DNA of 25,002 nucleotides from positions 1 through 25,002 of the IMG/VR virus record IMGVR_UViG_3300043039_000075; one strand, written 5' to 3'. This DNA comes from a virus (lineage: Duplodnaviria > Caudoviricetes). Below, in pieces: positions 1 through 8,722 of this stretch. Position numbers and translations under genes: made by a program. Within the stretch, counting starts at the first letter, position 1, and each line of letters begins with the position of its first letter. The notes below the pieces were generated by a model that was not told the DNA's origin, did not search any database, and saw nothing but the letters and a program-made list of their open reading frames with translations.

Positions 1-1
1 T

Positions 2-490
2 GATCTAGGATTAATGAAAAAGAATGTTCTACTAATTATGCCACATGATGTAGCTAATAGACAAGACGGATTAACAAGGTTAGTGTCTAGGGCCTCTTAT
101 TATATTCAAGCAGGATTTAAAGTTATAAGGTTAAGGCCCTTACCAGTAAATTTATTGATAGAGTGTCTTAGGACTTGTATGCAAAAAGGAGATATATTAT
201 TTGAGGACACACCAGTTATTAAGTTGATCCTTAGAAAATTAAAGGAATATGAATATAAGAGAGATCCAAGTACTGGAGAGATAATTTATATCCCTAATCA
301 TGGGAAAGGTAAGTCTGCAAGTAACTTGGCCGACTCATTGGAATACCTTGTAGCCTATTTCTTTTATAAAAAATATATTGACTCAAAGAAAAAAATATTT
401 TTTGAGGCTATAAACACTGGTAGTACTGGCTCATCTATTGTAGAACAAGATAATTTGAGATTAGGAGTTGCAACGAAAATAAAAAGGTAG
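2..490 (+). CDS. terL: Terminase large subunit, C-terminal nuclease region (5' truncated by window)
   Basis: Frame is open from position 2. 'MPHD..NR' and 'P.H...SNLADSLEY' match the PHD / H..SH.ADA.RY pattern of terminase RNase H-like domains, and the gene lies upstream of portal. Confidence 0.75.
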   Translation, partial: DLGLMKKNVLLIMPHDVANRQDGLTRLVSRASYYIQAGFKVIRLRPLPVNLLIECLRTCMQKGDILFEDTPVIKLILRKLKEYEYKRDPSTGEIIYIPNHGKGKSASNLADSLEYLVAYFFYKKYIDSKKKIFFEAINTGSTGSSIVEQDNLRLGVATKIKR

Positions 491-497
491 TATAATT
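468..497 (+). promoter_or_regulatory. Sigma70/sigmaA-type promoter for the accessory gene block
   Basis: TTGCAA (468-473), 17 bp spacer, TATAAT (491-496), upstream of SD GGGAGG and ATG 535. Confidence 0.6.
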
Positions 498-534
498 ATA
501 TTAGTTAGATAGCTTGGCAATAAGGGAGGCAAAA

Positions 535-813
535 ATGAGTAGTAGAAAGAAAAGAAGGATGCAAAGGAGAAGAAAAGAATTACAGATAGCAAAGGAGAAA
601 ATTAAACCCGAATTAACGGCACTATTAGCTTCATATTTAGCTTTTAAAGGTTATGATGAAAGTGAAGGGCCTTTAATTAAAGTTAAATTTATTTTCGGTA
701 TCTTATTTTATTTTGATAATATAACTGATGAGGTCATAGCTAAGATGAGAATTAAGGTAAATAAAGTTGATAAAATAACTTTGGAATTAAAGAAAACTGA
801 TTGGAATTTATAA
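535..813 (+). CDS. Hypothetical protein with basic N-terminus
   Basis: ORF track 514..813; ATG 535 preferred because SD GGGAGG precedes it. Confidence 0.75.
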   Translation: MSSRKKRRMQRRRKELQIAKEKIKPELTALLASYLAFKGYDESEGPLIKVKFIFGILFYFDNITDEVIAKMRIKVNKVDKITLELKKTDWNL

Positions 814-829
814 GCAATCGAGGGAGGTA

Positions 830-1360
830 TTGGTTTTGAATGGTAAATATATAAATGAAGATAGAAGTCTTGCAAAATTTATGAAAAAACAGATAAGCAG
901 GGATATGGCCGAAAGGATACCTGCAGGTGATTCAGAAATTAAATTTGATTTTCAAGAATTAGAAGTTGGGGACAGTGTCCAAGATGTAATCTTTGGATGG
1001 TTAAAAGTTAAAAAAATAAAAAGGATCAAAACTAATATTTCATATATAACAGTTGAAAAAGGAGCAGAACTTTTTGACAATATATATTATTCAGATGGTA
1101 GAGGTATTTTGAGTCAAGAAAGGCCCTCATTAATTAAAATTAGAAAAGCACCTAAGGTAGATCATATTTTAGAAAAAGAGTTTGAACCTAACAAACCTAA
1201 CTATGTAATTTCGTTTAAAATTGATAAAGAAGGTAAAAAAATATATTCTATTGATACATTTTATGCGATCCAGTTTGTAGGAACCAAATATTATGATCGT
1301 AAAAACATACACGAAGTTATTGAAATATTGAGGAGAGAGGAGGAAATTAAAAGTGTTTAA
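830..1360 (+). CDS. Hypothetical phage protein (possible SH3-like 'VGD.V....FGW.KV' domain)
   Basis: SD GGGAGG; 176 aa ORF; shares a motif with the next ORF. Confidence 0.75.
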   Translation: MVLNGKYINEDRSLAKFMKKQISRDMAERIPAGDSEIKFDFQELEVGDSVQDVIFGWLKVKKIKRIKTNISYITVEKGAELFDNIYYSDGRGILSQERPSLIKIRKAPKVDHILEKEFEPNKPNYVISFKIDKEGKKIYSIDTFYAIQFVGTKYYDRKNIHEVIEILRREEEIKSV

Positions 1361-1760
1361 GGAATATGATGTTAAAGTAGGAGATGAATTATGGTCAGTA
1401 AGACATGGGTGGGGAAAAGTAAAGAATATAAGTAAGATAGGAAAATCAAGTTATCCTATATGTGTAAAATTTATATGTGGTGAAGTTGATTTTACTAAGG
1501 ACTTTAGAGAATTAGATATCGATTTGTATCAATCTCTATTTTGGGATGAGATAAAGTTTGAAATTCCGAAAAAACCACTTCCAAAATTAAAAATTAATAC
1601 CGTCCTAAAAGTATGGGATATTGGTGATGAAGATGTGAGAATTAGACACTTTTCACATTTTAATGATGGATTATATTGTTTTAAAGATGGAAAGACATCT
1701 TATACTGGAATAAGAACTAAAAAATGGGATAATTATGAAATTGTTAAGGAGGAAATTTAA
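1353..1760 (+). CDS. Hypothetical phage protein
   Basis: SD GGAGG; overlaps upstream stop; 'VKVGDELWSVRHGWGKV' motif. Confidence 0.8.
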   Translation: MFKEYDVKVGDELWSVRHGWGKVKNISKIGKSSYPICVKFICGEVDFTKDFRELDIDLYQSLFWDEIKFEIPKKPLPKLKINTVLKVWDIGDEDVRIRHFSHFNDGLYCFKDGKTSYTGIRTKKWDNYEIVKEEI

Positions 1761-2122
1761 TGAGATCTACAGAAGAAGGTTTAGGAAAAAGCATTAAGTT
1801 TAGTGAACTATTAAAATTACAAGAGGAACTAGATAAAGCAATATTATTAAATAATCCAGTAAGTTGTACTAAGGAAGAAATGATAAACCATAGGATGATG
1901 GCATTATCAGTAGAAGTATCTGAAATGGCCAATGAACATAGAGGTTTTAAATATTGGAGTAAGAAAGGCCCTAGTGTTGGAAGAACTAAAGAGGAATACA
2001 TAGATGTTCTACATTTTGTGTTATCTCTAGGAAATGATCTTTTTGAAGACTCGGATGAGATAGTAGAAGCTTATTTAAGAAAAAGAGATATAAATTTCCA
2101 AAGACAATTGGAAAACTATTAA
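1760..2122 (+). CDS. dut: Dimeric (all-alpha) dUTPase
   Basis: 'ALSVEVSEMANEHRGFKYWSKK' and 'EEYIDVLHFVLSLG' match dUTPase_2 family motifs; SD AAGGAGG; TAATG coupling. Confidence 0.85.
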   Translation: MRSTEEGLGKSIKFSELLKLQEELDKAILLNNPVSCTKEEMINHRMMALSVEVSEMANEHRGFKYWSKKGPSVGRTKEEYIDVLHFVLSLGNDLFEDSDEIVEAYLRKRDINFQRQLENY

Positions 2123-2292
2123 TGGCTTTCCTTATAGGATTAGTAACGGTTATTAATTTAGTTTGTATATTGTTATCATTATTTTTAACAGAAGAATGGG
2201 ACTCAAAATATGTTTTATTTATATTAACGATTAATTTAGTATCTATTTATTACTTTATTACAATATTAGATTCATTAGGAGCAAAAATTTAG
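2122..2292 (+). CDS. Small membrane protein, 56 aa (not in ORF track)
   Basis: TAATG-coupled to dUTPase; MAFLIGLVTVINLVCILLSLFLTEEWDSKYVLFILTINLVSIYYFITILDSLGAKI has two hydrophobic segments. Confidence 0.7.
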   Translation: MAFLIGLVTVINLVCILLSLFLTEEWDSKYVLFILTINLVSIYYFITILDSLGAKI

Positions 2293-2313
2293 AAAAAAAG
2301 TGAGGTGAGAATT

Positions 2314-2439
2314 ATGATAACTATATTGATTTCTATATTAGCAGTTAAAGTTTCAGATATGTTTGAAATGATGTTTGTGTGGGCCTTGATCTTAGATGTT
2401 TATATTTTTATCTCTCTTTTTTATTATTTATTTAGGTAG
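2314..2439 (+). CDS. Small hydrophobic protein, 41 aa (not in ORF track)
   Basis: SD GAGGTG; MITILISILAVKVSDMFEMMFVWALILDVYIFISLFLLLFR. Confidence 0.7.
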   Translation: MITILISILAVKVSDMFEMMFVWALILDVYIFISLFYYLFR

Positions 2440-2448
2440 GAGGAAGTT

Positions 2449-2562
2449 ATGTTTTGTGAACAGTGCGGGAAAGAATTAAATGTTGATGAAATTAAAAAGA
2501 AAGGAGAGAAAATATGTGATGACTGTGAAGATCTGAATTATTGGTTTTCTGATGAAAATTAA
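2449..2562 (+). CDS. Zn-ribbon mini-protein, 37 aa (not in ORF track)
   Basis: SD AGGAGG; MFCEQCGKELNVDEIKKKGEKICDDCEDLNYWFSDEN has CxxC...CxxC. Confidence 0.75.
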   Translation: MFCEQCGKELNVDEIKKKGEKICDDCEDLNYWFSDEN

Positions 2563-2602
2563 ATAAATGGAAACTAAGAAACTGTTTTTGGGGGGGTTAG
2601 AA

Positions 2603-2827
2603 ATGAATAAAAAAGAAATAAAACCGCATATGTTAAGGGTAATAGAGGAAAAAAAAGAATTAGATACGAAAATTAAAGCTTTACAAATTTTTTTAGCAAA
2701 TGAAGTTGAAGGAGTTTCAAATTTTTTATCTAAAAAAGTATTTGGGGTTAGAACTACACAATTATCTCATATGATTCAATATTCAGAATCGTTAAAATGT
2801 ATTTTAACTTTGGAAGGAATAGAGTAA
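2603..2827 (+). CDS. Conserved phage coiled-coil protein (crAss001_48-like)
   Basis: 'PHMLRVIEEKKELDTKIKAL..FL ... QLSHM.QYS..L' resembles that family; ATG 2603 follows a G-run SD (ORF track start 2567). Confidence 0.65.
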   Translation: MNKKEIKPHMLRVIEEKKELDTKIKALQIFLANEVEGVSNFLSKKVFGVRTTQLSHMIQYSESLKCILTLEGIE

Positions 2828-2869
2828 AATAATTAAAAGATTATTTAAGGAGGAATTGAGAGTGAAGAA

Positions 2870-3262
2870 CTGGTAAGTTTAGAATTTTTCATAAGGCCCC
2901 CATCAGTAAATGCAAGTTATAGAGTTGGCAAAAGCGAAGATAAAGCTTGGTTGTTTATGACTGAGAAGGGCCACGAGTTCAAATTTGAAATGGCTATGTT
3001 GTGTAAAGGAATGTACAGAGGGAAACCGTTGAAAGGTAGGCTCAAAGTATACTTGGAGTTCCATTATAAACACAGTCGAGGGAGAGATATAGATTCAGGA
3101 TTGAAGATAACTATGGACAGTCTTAACAAAGCCCTATATGATGATGATAACCAAGTAAGGGAGTTAATGATTAAGATATTTGAAGGGAAAGAAGAAGGAG
3201 TCTTTGAGGATAAAATTATTTTCAAAGTTGCTAAGTTGAAACCGTTAGGAAAGTTATTTTAG
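2870..3262 (+). CDS. rusA: RusA-family Holliday junction resolvase (true start uncertain)
   Basis: 'RDIDSGLKITMDSL...YDDDNQV' catalytic motif; in-frame N-terminal 'PPSVN' motif at 2897-2911 lies upstream of the ORF-track start 2951. Confidence 0.88.
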   Translation: MVSLEFFIRPPSVNASYRVGKSEDKAWLFMTEKGHEFKFEMAMLCKGMYRGKPLKGRLKVYLEFHYKHSRGRDIDSGLKITMDSLNKALYDDDNQVRELMIKIFEGKEEGVFEDKIIFKVAKLKPLGKLF

Positions 3263-3270
3263 GAGGGATT

Positions 3271-3513
3271 ATGTTTGAATTTTTAAAAACAAATAAAGTA
3301 TCATTAAGGGGGTTAGAAAGAGTAGAAAGATTCACTGAACAAGTAAACAATGTAGTTGTTGGATTAGAATTAGGAATTTTAGAAATGGAAGAGGATCAAG
3401 ATTTGGATATGGAAAGATCGGTAGCTATTAAAGAGTCGTTAGAAAAAAGAGATGTTGAAATGAGAAAAGCTAATGAGTTGCTTAAAAAAGTGAGAAAAAT
3501 TCAGATATTTTAA
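3271..3513 (+). CDS. Hypothetical coiled-coil protein
   Basis: SD AGGAGG; 80 aa; followed by a terminator. Confidence 0.8.
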   Translation: MFEFLKTNKVSLRGLERVERFTEQVNNVVVGLELGILEMEEDQDLDMERSVAIKESLEKRDVEMRKANELLKKVRKIQIF

Positions 3514-3525
3514 TAGTTCAAATTG

Positions 3526-3549
3526 GAGGCCCTAGGGCCTCTTTTTTTT
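3526..3549 (+). terminator. Intrinsic terminator
   Basis: Perfect palindrome GAGGCCCTAGGGCCTC followed by T8. Confidence 0.85.
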
Positions 3550-3599
3550 ATTCAAGTATAATTTATATATAGAAGAGAAAATGTTAATAGGAGGTAAAT

Positions 3600-4667
3600 A
3601 TGGCGGATATGTCAGATGGGCCTATGGGTGGCGGAGGCCAAGATTATGATGGTAGAGGTTACGGTGGTAACAACGATAAAAATGATAAATTCAAAGGCGG
3701 TGATGCCTATAATGTTTCAGATCGAACTAAAGCAACCGAACAACAAAAGAAAGATTATGATAGCGAGAGAAAAGAATCTCGACAAGAACAAAACGAATGG
3801 GAAAAAAATTATGTAGAACAAGAAGCTAAAGTTAGAAGTTATGGAAGTCTTGCAGAATATAATGATAGTGAAACACATCAAAGAGCGGTAGCAGAATTTG
3901 ATAAAAGATCTGCTAAGAATCTAGGAGAGTGGAATAAACTAGAAGGTGGTACTAAGCTAGGTGATGTAATTGAGGATGTAGGAGATACAGTTGATAAAAT
4001 TTCTAATCCGTGGGACACTTACTACAATGCAAAAAATAATGTTGAAGATGAAGACGAGATAAAAGATTACTTTAATAATATGTTTTCCGAAACTACTTAT
4101 GATGACTGGAAAGAAGCAAGTGGACTCCATGCAGTAGCAAAAGGTGTAGGAGCTACAGCAAGGTTTGCAGGGGATGTTATAGGTGGAATTAGTTCTATCA
4201 ATCGAACTGGAAGTCCCATAGGATTATCAAAAACTGTTTATGATAGGTTGGAAGGAAGTTTTGGAGAAGTAGAAGGATTATCTGATGCAGAAAAACAACT
4301 AGCATCCTATGATTTTGATTATCAAGATGTAATAGATAATGGTGGAGTATATGCAGGTGTAGAAAGCTTTTCACCTAGTGCTTATTCTTATAGTGATCCA
4401 AAAGAAAAAGAGTACACAAATGAAGCTTATAGAGGTAGTTCTGATAAAGATAATAGAAATGTAGAACAACAAAGCTATATAAGTGATTATACAACTGGAA
4501 TTGATAAAGAAGTCGTTGCTAGTAACGATATAACCACAGAAGAAATAATGCTAGGTGTATATGATGAAAATGACACTTTCAAAAGAAGTGCAAACACTAT
4601 GGCTCAAGTTGATTCTAAAGGATTAGATTCTTTTAGTAATTATTCATATAACGAAATAAATTTATAA
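3600..4667 (+). CDS. Acidic Gly/Asp-rich hypothetical protein, possibly virion-associated
   Basis: SD AGGAGGT; 355 aa; first gene of the portal transcription unit. Confidence 0.7.
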   Translation: MADMSDGPMGGGGQDYDGRGYGGNNDKNDKFKGGDAYNVSDRTKATEQQKKDYDSERKESRQEQNEWEKNYVEQEAKVRSYGSLAEYNDSETHQRAVAEFDKRSAKNLGEWNKLEGGTKLGDVIEDVGDTVDKISNPWDTYYNAKNNVEDEDEIKDYFNNMFSETTYDDWKEASGLHAVAKGVGATARFAGDVIGGISSINRTGSPIGLSKTVYDRLEGSFGEVEGLSDAEKQLASYDFDYQDVIDNGGVYAGVESFSPSAYSYSDPKEKEYTNEAYRGSSDKDNRNVEQQSYISDYTTGIDKEVVASNDITTEEIMLGVYDENDTFKRSANTMAQVDSKGLDSFSNYSYNEINL

Positions 4668-4677
4668 GGAGGAATAG

Positions 4678-4986
4678 ATGAGCATTTGGGATATAGGAGC
4701 AATAGCATATGATTATGTTAGTGGGAATAAAGAAAAGGAAGAATTGAAAAAAAAAGCTAAGAAAGCGGAAGCAGAAAAAAAAGCAGTAGAGGCAGCTAAC
4801 AAACAAAAGGCCCTGGATGAAAAGAAATTTAGTGATAATTTAGAGGCAGAGAGAGCCAAACTTGATTCAGCTGTAGAAGACAGTGAAAATGAAGCAAGTG
4901 GATTAAGTGAAGTTGTATCAGATTTTAGTGATGTAGATAATAAAAAAACCAAGATGTTGAAATCAATCAGAAATTTTAGGAGGTAG
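4678..4986 (+). CDS. Small charged helical protein upstream of portal (position of T7 gp7.3-type virion proteins)
   Basis: SD AAGGAGG; Lys/Glu/Ala-rich; function inferred from synteny only. Confidence 0.6.
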   Translation: MSIWDIGAIAYDYVSGNKEKEELKKKAKKAEAEKKAVEAANKQKALDEKKFSDNLEAERAKLDSAVEDSENEASGLSEVVSDFSDVDNKKTKMLKSIRNFRR

Positions 4987-4989
4987 AAT

Positions 4990-6600
4990 ATGGAAGAATT
5001 AAATATACCTTTTAAAGAAATATATACTTTAGCTAAGCAGTCAAAAGAACCATACAGAGCAGTATATAATGAAATATTAGGTTTTACAGATAGGACTTAT
5101 CAGATTACAGATGAAGCACCAGTTGATCCTACGTTTCAAGATGTAGAACCTTTAATCGCTACAGAAGTTACTTCAACTGTTAACTTTGTAATGAATACAT
5201 TATTAGCTAGAGGAGAAAAATTTGCTAAGATAGAGGTTGATGATGTAATTTTTAAAGCAGTGAATGGAGAGAGTTCAGATTTTACAAATGAGGCCCTTAT
5301 AGGATCAATAAATAAAAATTTAGAAAAGATGGTTGATAGTGCATTTGGATTTTTAAATAACTCAAATTACTATGTAGAAATAGCCAAATCACTGAGGGAA
5401 TGTTTGTTGCTTGGAACTGGTGTTTATACAGTATTGGAAACCAAAGAAATTAACAAACCATTCACATTTAGATATATCCCTTTAAACAACTTTTATTATT
5501 GGGAAGATGCCTTTGGGAAACCTAACAATACATTCAAAGTTCATTTTGGATTAACTAGGTCTGTGATGGAAGATAGATTTGGTTCGGATGGTGTTCTACA
5601 ATTAGAAGAATTGTTTGGAGATTCAGAAGATCCTATGTTAACTAAGGATATTATAGAGTCAGTAGTTCCAACTTACAATGAAGTTAATGGAGAAACTATC
5701 TATAATTATAGATTAACAGATACCAGTTTTGAAAAGATAATCCTTGATAAACAAATGGAATATAATCCATTTGTAGTATTCAGATGGTCAGTTGAGAGTG
5801 ACCAAGTTATAGGTACTGGATTAGGAGCACAAGCTTTAAAAGCATTTAAAGAGTTAGAGGATTTTAAAGAACAGAGAGAAGTTCAAAAAGGATTAGTATT
5901 AGATCCACCAACTAAAGCAACGGGAGATAAAAGTTTAATTCATAATGTTAAGATTAAAAAAGGTTATGTAAATTATGGTGGAACAGGAGAAGCAGATCCA
6001 TTGACTGGTCAACCTAATACATTCCAATTAGAACCTATAATATCTCAACCTACTTTAGTTCCAATTGATAATGATATAGAGAGTGCTAAGAATGATATTA
6101 GGGATGTCTTTATGTCTAACCCTTTAGGACAAGTTGGAGAAACTAAAAGTAGAACAGCAACAGAAATTTCAGAAAGAATGAGAATTTTTAGAAATAGATG
6201 GAGCGGATCTTTTGAAATAATGCAATCTGAGTTATTAGAGCCAACTCTAGTTATTCCTATAAGAATATTATTGAAGAAAGATTTGGTAGCTTTTGAAGAT
6301 GAAGAAACAACAGAAGGGTTTGATTTAACTCAGTTCAAATATACTAATGAAATGAGCAAGCAGGCAGATTTAGAAGAAATGAATAAACTAGCAGGGGCAG
6401 TACAACTATTATCCAGTGTTCTAACTGTAGCAGAACAAAGCGGAATAGAGCCTTCAAGGTTGAAAACTTATGTTCATGATAAGTTTGGAATACCGTTCGA
6501 TTTAAGGATGACAGATAAAGAATTTGAAGAATATACTCTAAGGATGCAACAACAAATGCAGGCCCAACAACAAATGCAACAACAAAACCCACAGATGTAG
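4990..6600 (+). CDS. Portal (head-tail connector) protein, T7 gp8/BPP-1-like
   Basis: 536 aa; 'LLLGTG', 'NPFVVFRW....VIGTG', 'RTATEISER' motifs; Gln-rich C-terminus. Confidence 0.92.
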   Translation: MEELNIPFKEIYTLAKQSKEPYRAVYNEILGFTDRTYQITDEAPVDPTFQDVEPLIATEVTSTVNFVMNTLLARGEKFAKIEVDDVIFKAVNGESSDFTNEALIGSINKNLEKMVDSAFGFLNNSNYYVEIAKSLRECLLLGTGVYTVLETKEINKPFTFRYIPLNNFYYWEDAFGKPNNTFKVHFGLTRSVMEDRFGSDGVLQLEELFGDSEDPMLTKDIIESVVPTYNEVNGETIYNYRLTDTSFEKIILDKQMEYNPFVVFRWSVESDQVIGTGLGAQALKAFKELEDFKEQREVQKGLVLDPPTKATGDKSLIHNVKIKKGYVNYGGTGEADPLTGQPNTFQLEPIISQPTLVPIDNDIESAKNDIRDVFMSNPLGQVGETKSRTATEISERMRIFRNRWSGSFEIMQSELLEPTLVIPIRILLKKDLVAFEDEETTEGFDLTQFKYTNEMSKQADLEEMNKLAGAVQLLSSVLTVAEQSGIEPSRLKTYVHDKFGIPFDLRMTDKEFEEYTLRMQQQMQAQQQMQQQNPQM

Positions 6601-6608
6601 TAGATATT

Positions 6609-6631
6609 AAAAGGCTCTAGGGCCTTTTTTT
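6609..6631 (+). terminator. Intrinsic terminator after portal
   Basis: AAAAGGCTC-TA-GGGCCTTTT followed by a T-run. Confidence 0.8.
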
Positions 6632-6653
6632 ATTTTTGCTTGGCAAATAAAAG

Positions 6654-6682
6654 TTGACTTTATAGTTTTATAGTGTTATTAT
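6654..6682 (+). promoter_or_regulatory. Sigma70/sigmaA promoter of the helicase gene
   Basis: TTGACT (6654-6659), 17 bp spacer, TGnTATTAT extended -10 (6674-6682). Confidence 0.75.
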
Positions 6683-6702
6683 ATAACAAATGAAGGAGCA
6701 AA

Positions 6703-8721
6703 ATGCTTGGCAAAACAACGGGAGGAAAACCATTGAAAACACTAGAAGAATTAAGGACTCTCTTAAAATTCAATGTAATAAACGAGGAAGAATTCAAAGC
6801 TCAAGGCGGTTATCACGACTCTTTTTCTTTAACAGGAACTAAAGAAAAAATTGAAATTAAAATTGAAAAATATATTGGAGAAAGTCTTGAAGCTATGAAT
6901 GAATTAGAGAGAGTTTTTTCAGAAGAAGAAAAAACCGTGTTAATAGAGAGTGGTACTGGTTCGGGAAAAACTAGGGCTATTTGTGAAGTTGCTATAAATA
7001 CTGGATTATTTGTTGTAGTAGTAGTTCCTAATATAATGACTGCGGATGTTATGTCTAATCAATTGAATAGTAGATATGAGAATATATCGACTGCTTGTCA
7101 TGGAGATAATAGAATTTGTAATATTATAGGAAATGTTACTAAAGATAAACAAATAATTTTTACCACAGTGGACCAACTAAAAAATCTAGGAGGTATCAGT
7201 GAAAGAGAATTAAAAAGAAGAATTTTAATAATTGATGAGGCCCATTATTATTTTAAAGTTGTAGGTTTTAGATATGAAGCGACAACTAGTTTAGAGGAGA
7301 TAATAAAAAACAAGGTATTTAAAAAAATGATATTTGTGACCGCTACTCCAAGTGTATTTGAAATTTATGGAAAAGAAGAAAAAACGATAAAATTTATCCA
7401 AAAAGAATACCCTATAAAATATAACTTATTTAGAATTTATATGAAGGTAGCTATGGAAAATAGGAAAGATAGTATTAGAGAATTTATAAATGAAGCAAGT
7501 GAAGATGGTCTTACAGTGGTTTATCTTAATAAGTCTAAACAAGACCAATTGATCCATTCAACTATTTGTGGCGGGGAAGATAAAGGTCACTTTGTAGTCA
7601 ACGCAGACTTAAAAAATACTCCAATGTATAAATATCTTAGGGATAACCATTCTATTCCAAGTGGGACTAAAGTATTGTATGTTACAGATCTTTTTACAGC
7701 GGGGACTTCTTTCAGCAATGATAATGTTAAAAATATAATATTTGTAGGAGAAACCAGTAAAGACACTGTAAAACAGTTTAGTGCTAGATTTAGAACATCT
7801 AATAACATTAATATATTTGTTATAGATACTTTTGTTAATAGTGGACAAAGTCAAGATACATTTATTAGTGATCTGAATGAAAGAATAATAGAAGAACAGG
7901 AGGCCCTACAATCTAATGACTTTAATACTGATACTTCACATAGAAAGGGTTTAATCAACGGGTTGTTCTACGAAATTAAAGGGAATATCAAAGTAAGTGA
8001 ACTAGCTAAAACAAATTTGATATATGAAAACTTATTGAAAAGTTCTAAGCAATTTTGTTTTGATAATTTTTTAGAAGCAGAAATGAATATGCCAATTAAA
8101 ACAATAAAATTAGAAGATGCTGAAACGTTATTATATTCGGCTATGAAAGAAAGTTTAGAAATACAGGAGGAGAAAATTATGGAAGCATTAGAAGTAAAAG
8201 TCATAGAAACACTGGATAAAAGATTGGAACAGTTGTTGACATCAACACATAGTTTTAATAAAGTAGCAAATGAAGAAGGTTTTAATAAAGATGAAAAGAA
8301 AATTTTATTAAAAGTTGTTAATGTAATAAAAAATACTGATTTAATGAGTGATGATTATTACAGAGATATTTTTGAAATTGTGCATGATAAAGATAAGGAA
8401 ACTGAATACAGATATAGATTAATTGCAGATAGTGTAAAGGACACAGGGGTTATAACTGATAATATGTTATTTCATATATCAAAACAAAAAAAAGGTTATA
8501 CATTTGATAAAGAGGACCTAGACGATAAAAATAAACATCTTTGGAGAAAGTGTATAATAATGGCAGAGGCTATTTTTTATCTCATGGAAGGGAAAATAGG
8601 CAAAAGAAAAGTTTATACAGTGGTTAGAAAAAAAGATAATATGAGAGAAGTATTTGGGAGAAAGATACAGGATGAAATGAGAAAGTATTATTTAGGAAAA
8701 TTAAGAATAAAAGAAGATTAG
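6703..8721 (+). CDS. Superfamily 2 (DEAH-box) helicase
   Basis: Walker A ESGTGSGKT, motif Ia VVVPN, Walker B LIIDEAH, motif III TAT, motif V TDLFTAGTSF, motif VI QFSARFR; SD AAGGAG. Confidence 0.9.
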   Translation: MLGKTTGGKPLKTLEELRTLLKFNVINEEEFKAQGGYHDSFSLTGTKEKIEIKIEKYIGESLEAMNELERVFSEEEKTVLIESGTGSGKTRAICEVAINTGLFVVVVVPNIMTADVMSNQLNSRYENISTACHGDNRICNIIGNVTKDKQIIFTTVDQLKNLGGISERELKRRILIIDEAHYYFKVVGFRYEATTSLEEIIKNKVFKKMIFVTATPSVFEIYGKEEKTIKFIQKEYPIKYNLFRIYMKVAMENRKDSIREFINEASEDGLTVVYLNKSKQDQLIHSTICGGEDKGHFVVNADLKNTPMYKYLRDNHSIPSGTKVLYVTDLFTAGTSFSNDNVKNIIFVGETSKDTVKQFSARFRTSNNINIFVIDTFVNSGQSQDTFISDLNERIIEEQEALQSNDFNTDTSHRKGLINGLFYEIKGNIKVSELAKTNLIYENLLKSSKQFCFDNFLEAEMNMPIKTIKLEDAETLLYSAMKESLEIQEEKIMEALEVKVIETLDKRLEQLLTSTHSFNKVANEEGFNKDEKKILLKVVNVIKNTDLMSDDYYRDIFEIVHDKDKETEYRYRLIADSVKDTGVITDNMLFHISKQKKGYTFDKEDLDDKNKHLWRKCIIMAEAIFYLMEGKIGKRKVYTVVRKKDNMREVFGRKIQDEMRKYYLGKLRIKED

Positions 8722-8722
8722 G

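Noticed and set aside
3616-3816. 66-aa alternative-frame ORF
   Set aside because: Lies wholly inside the 355-aa gene and has no convincing SD of its own.
6541-6597. CAA/ATG microsatellite at the portal 3' end
   Set aside because: Encodes the Gln-rich tail common in this portal family.
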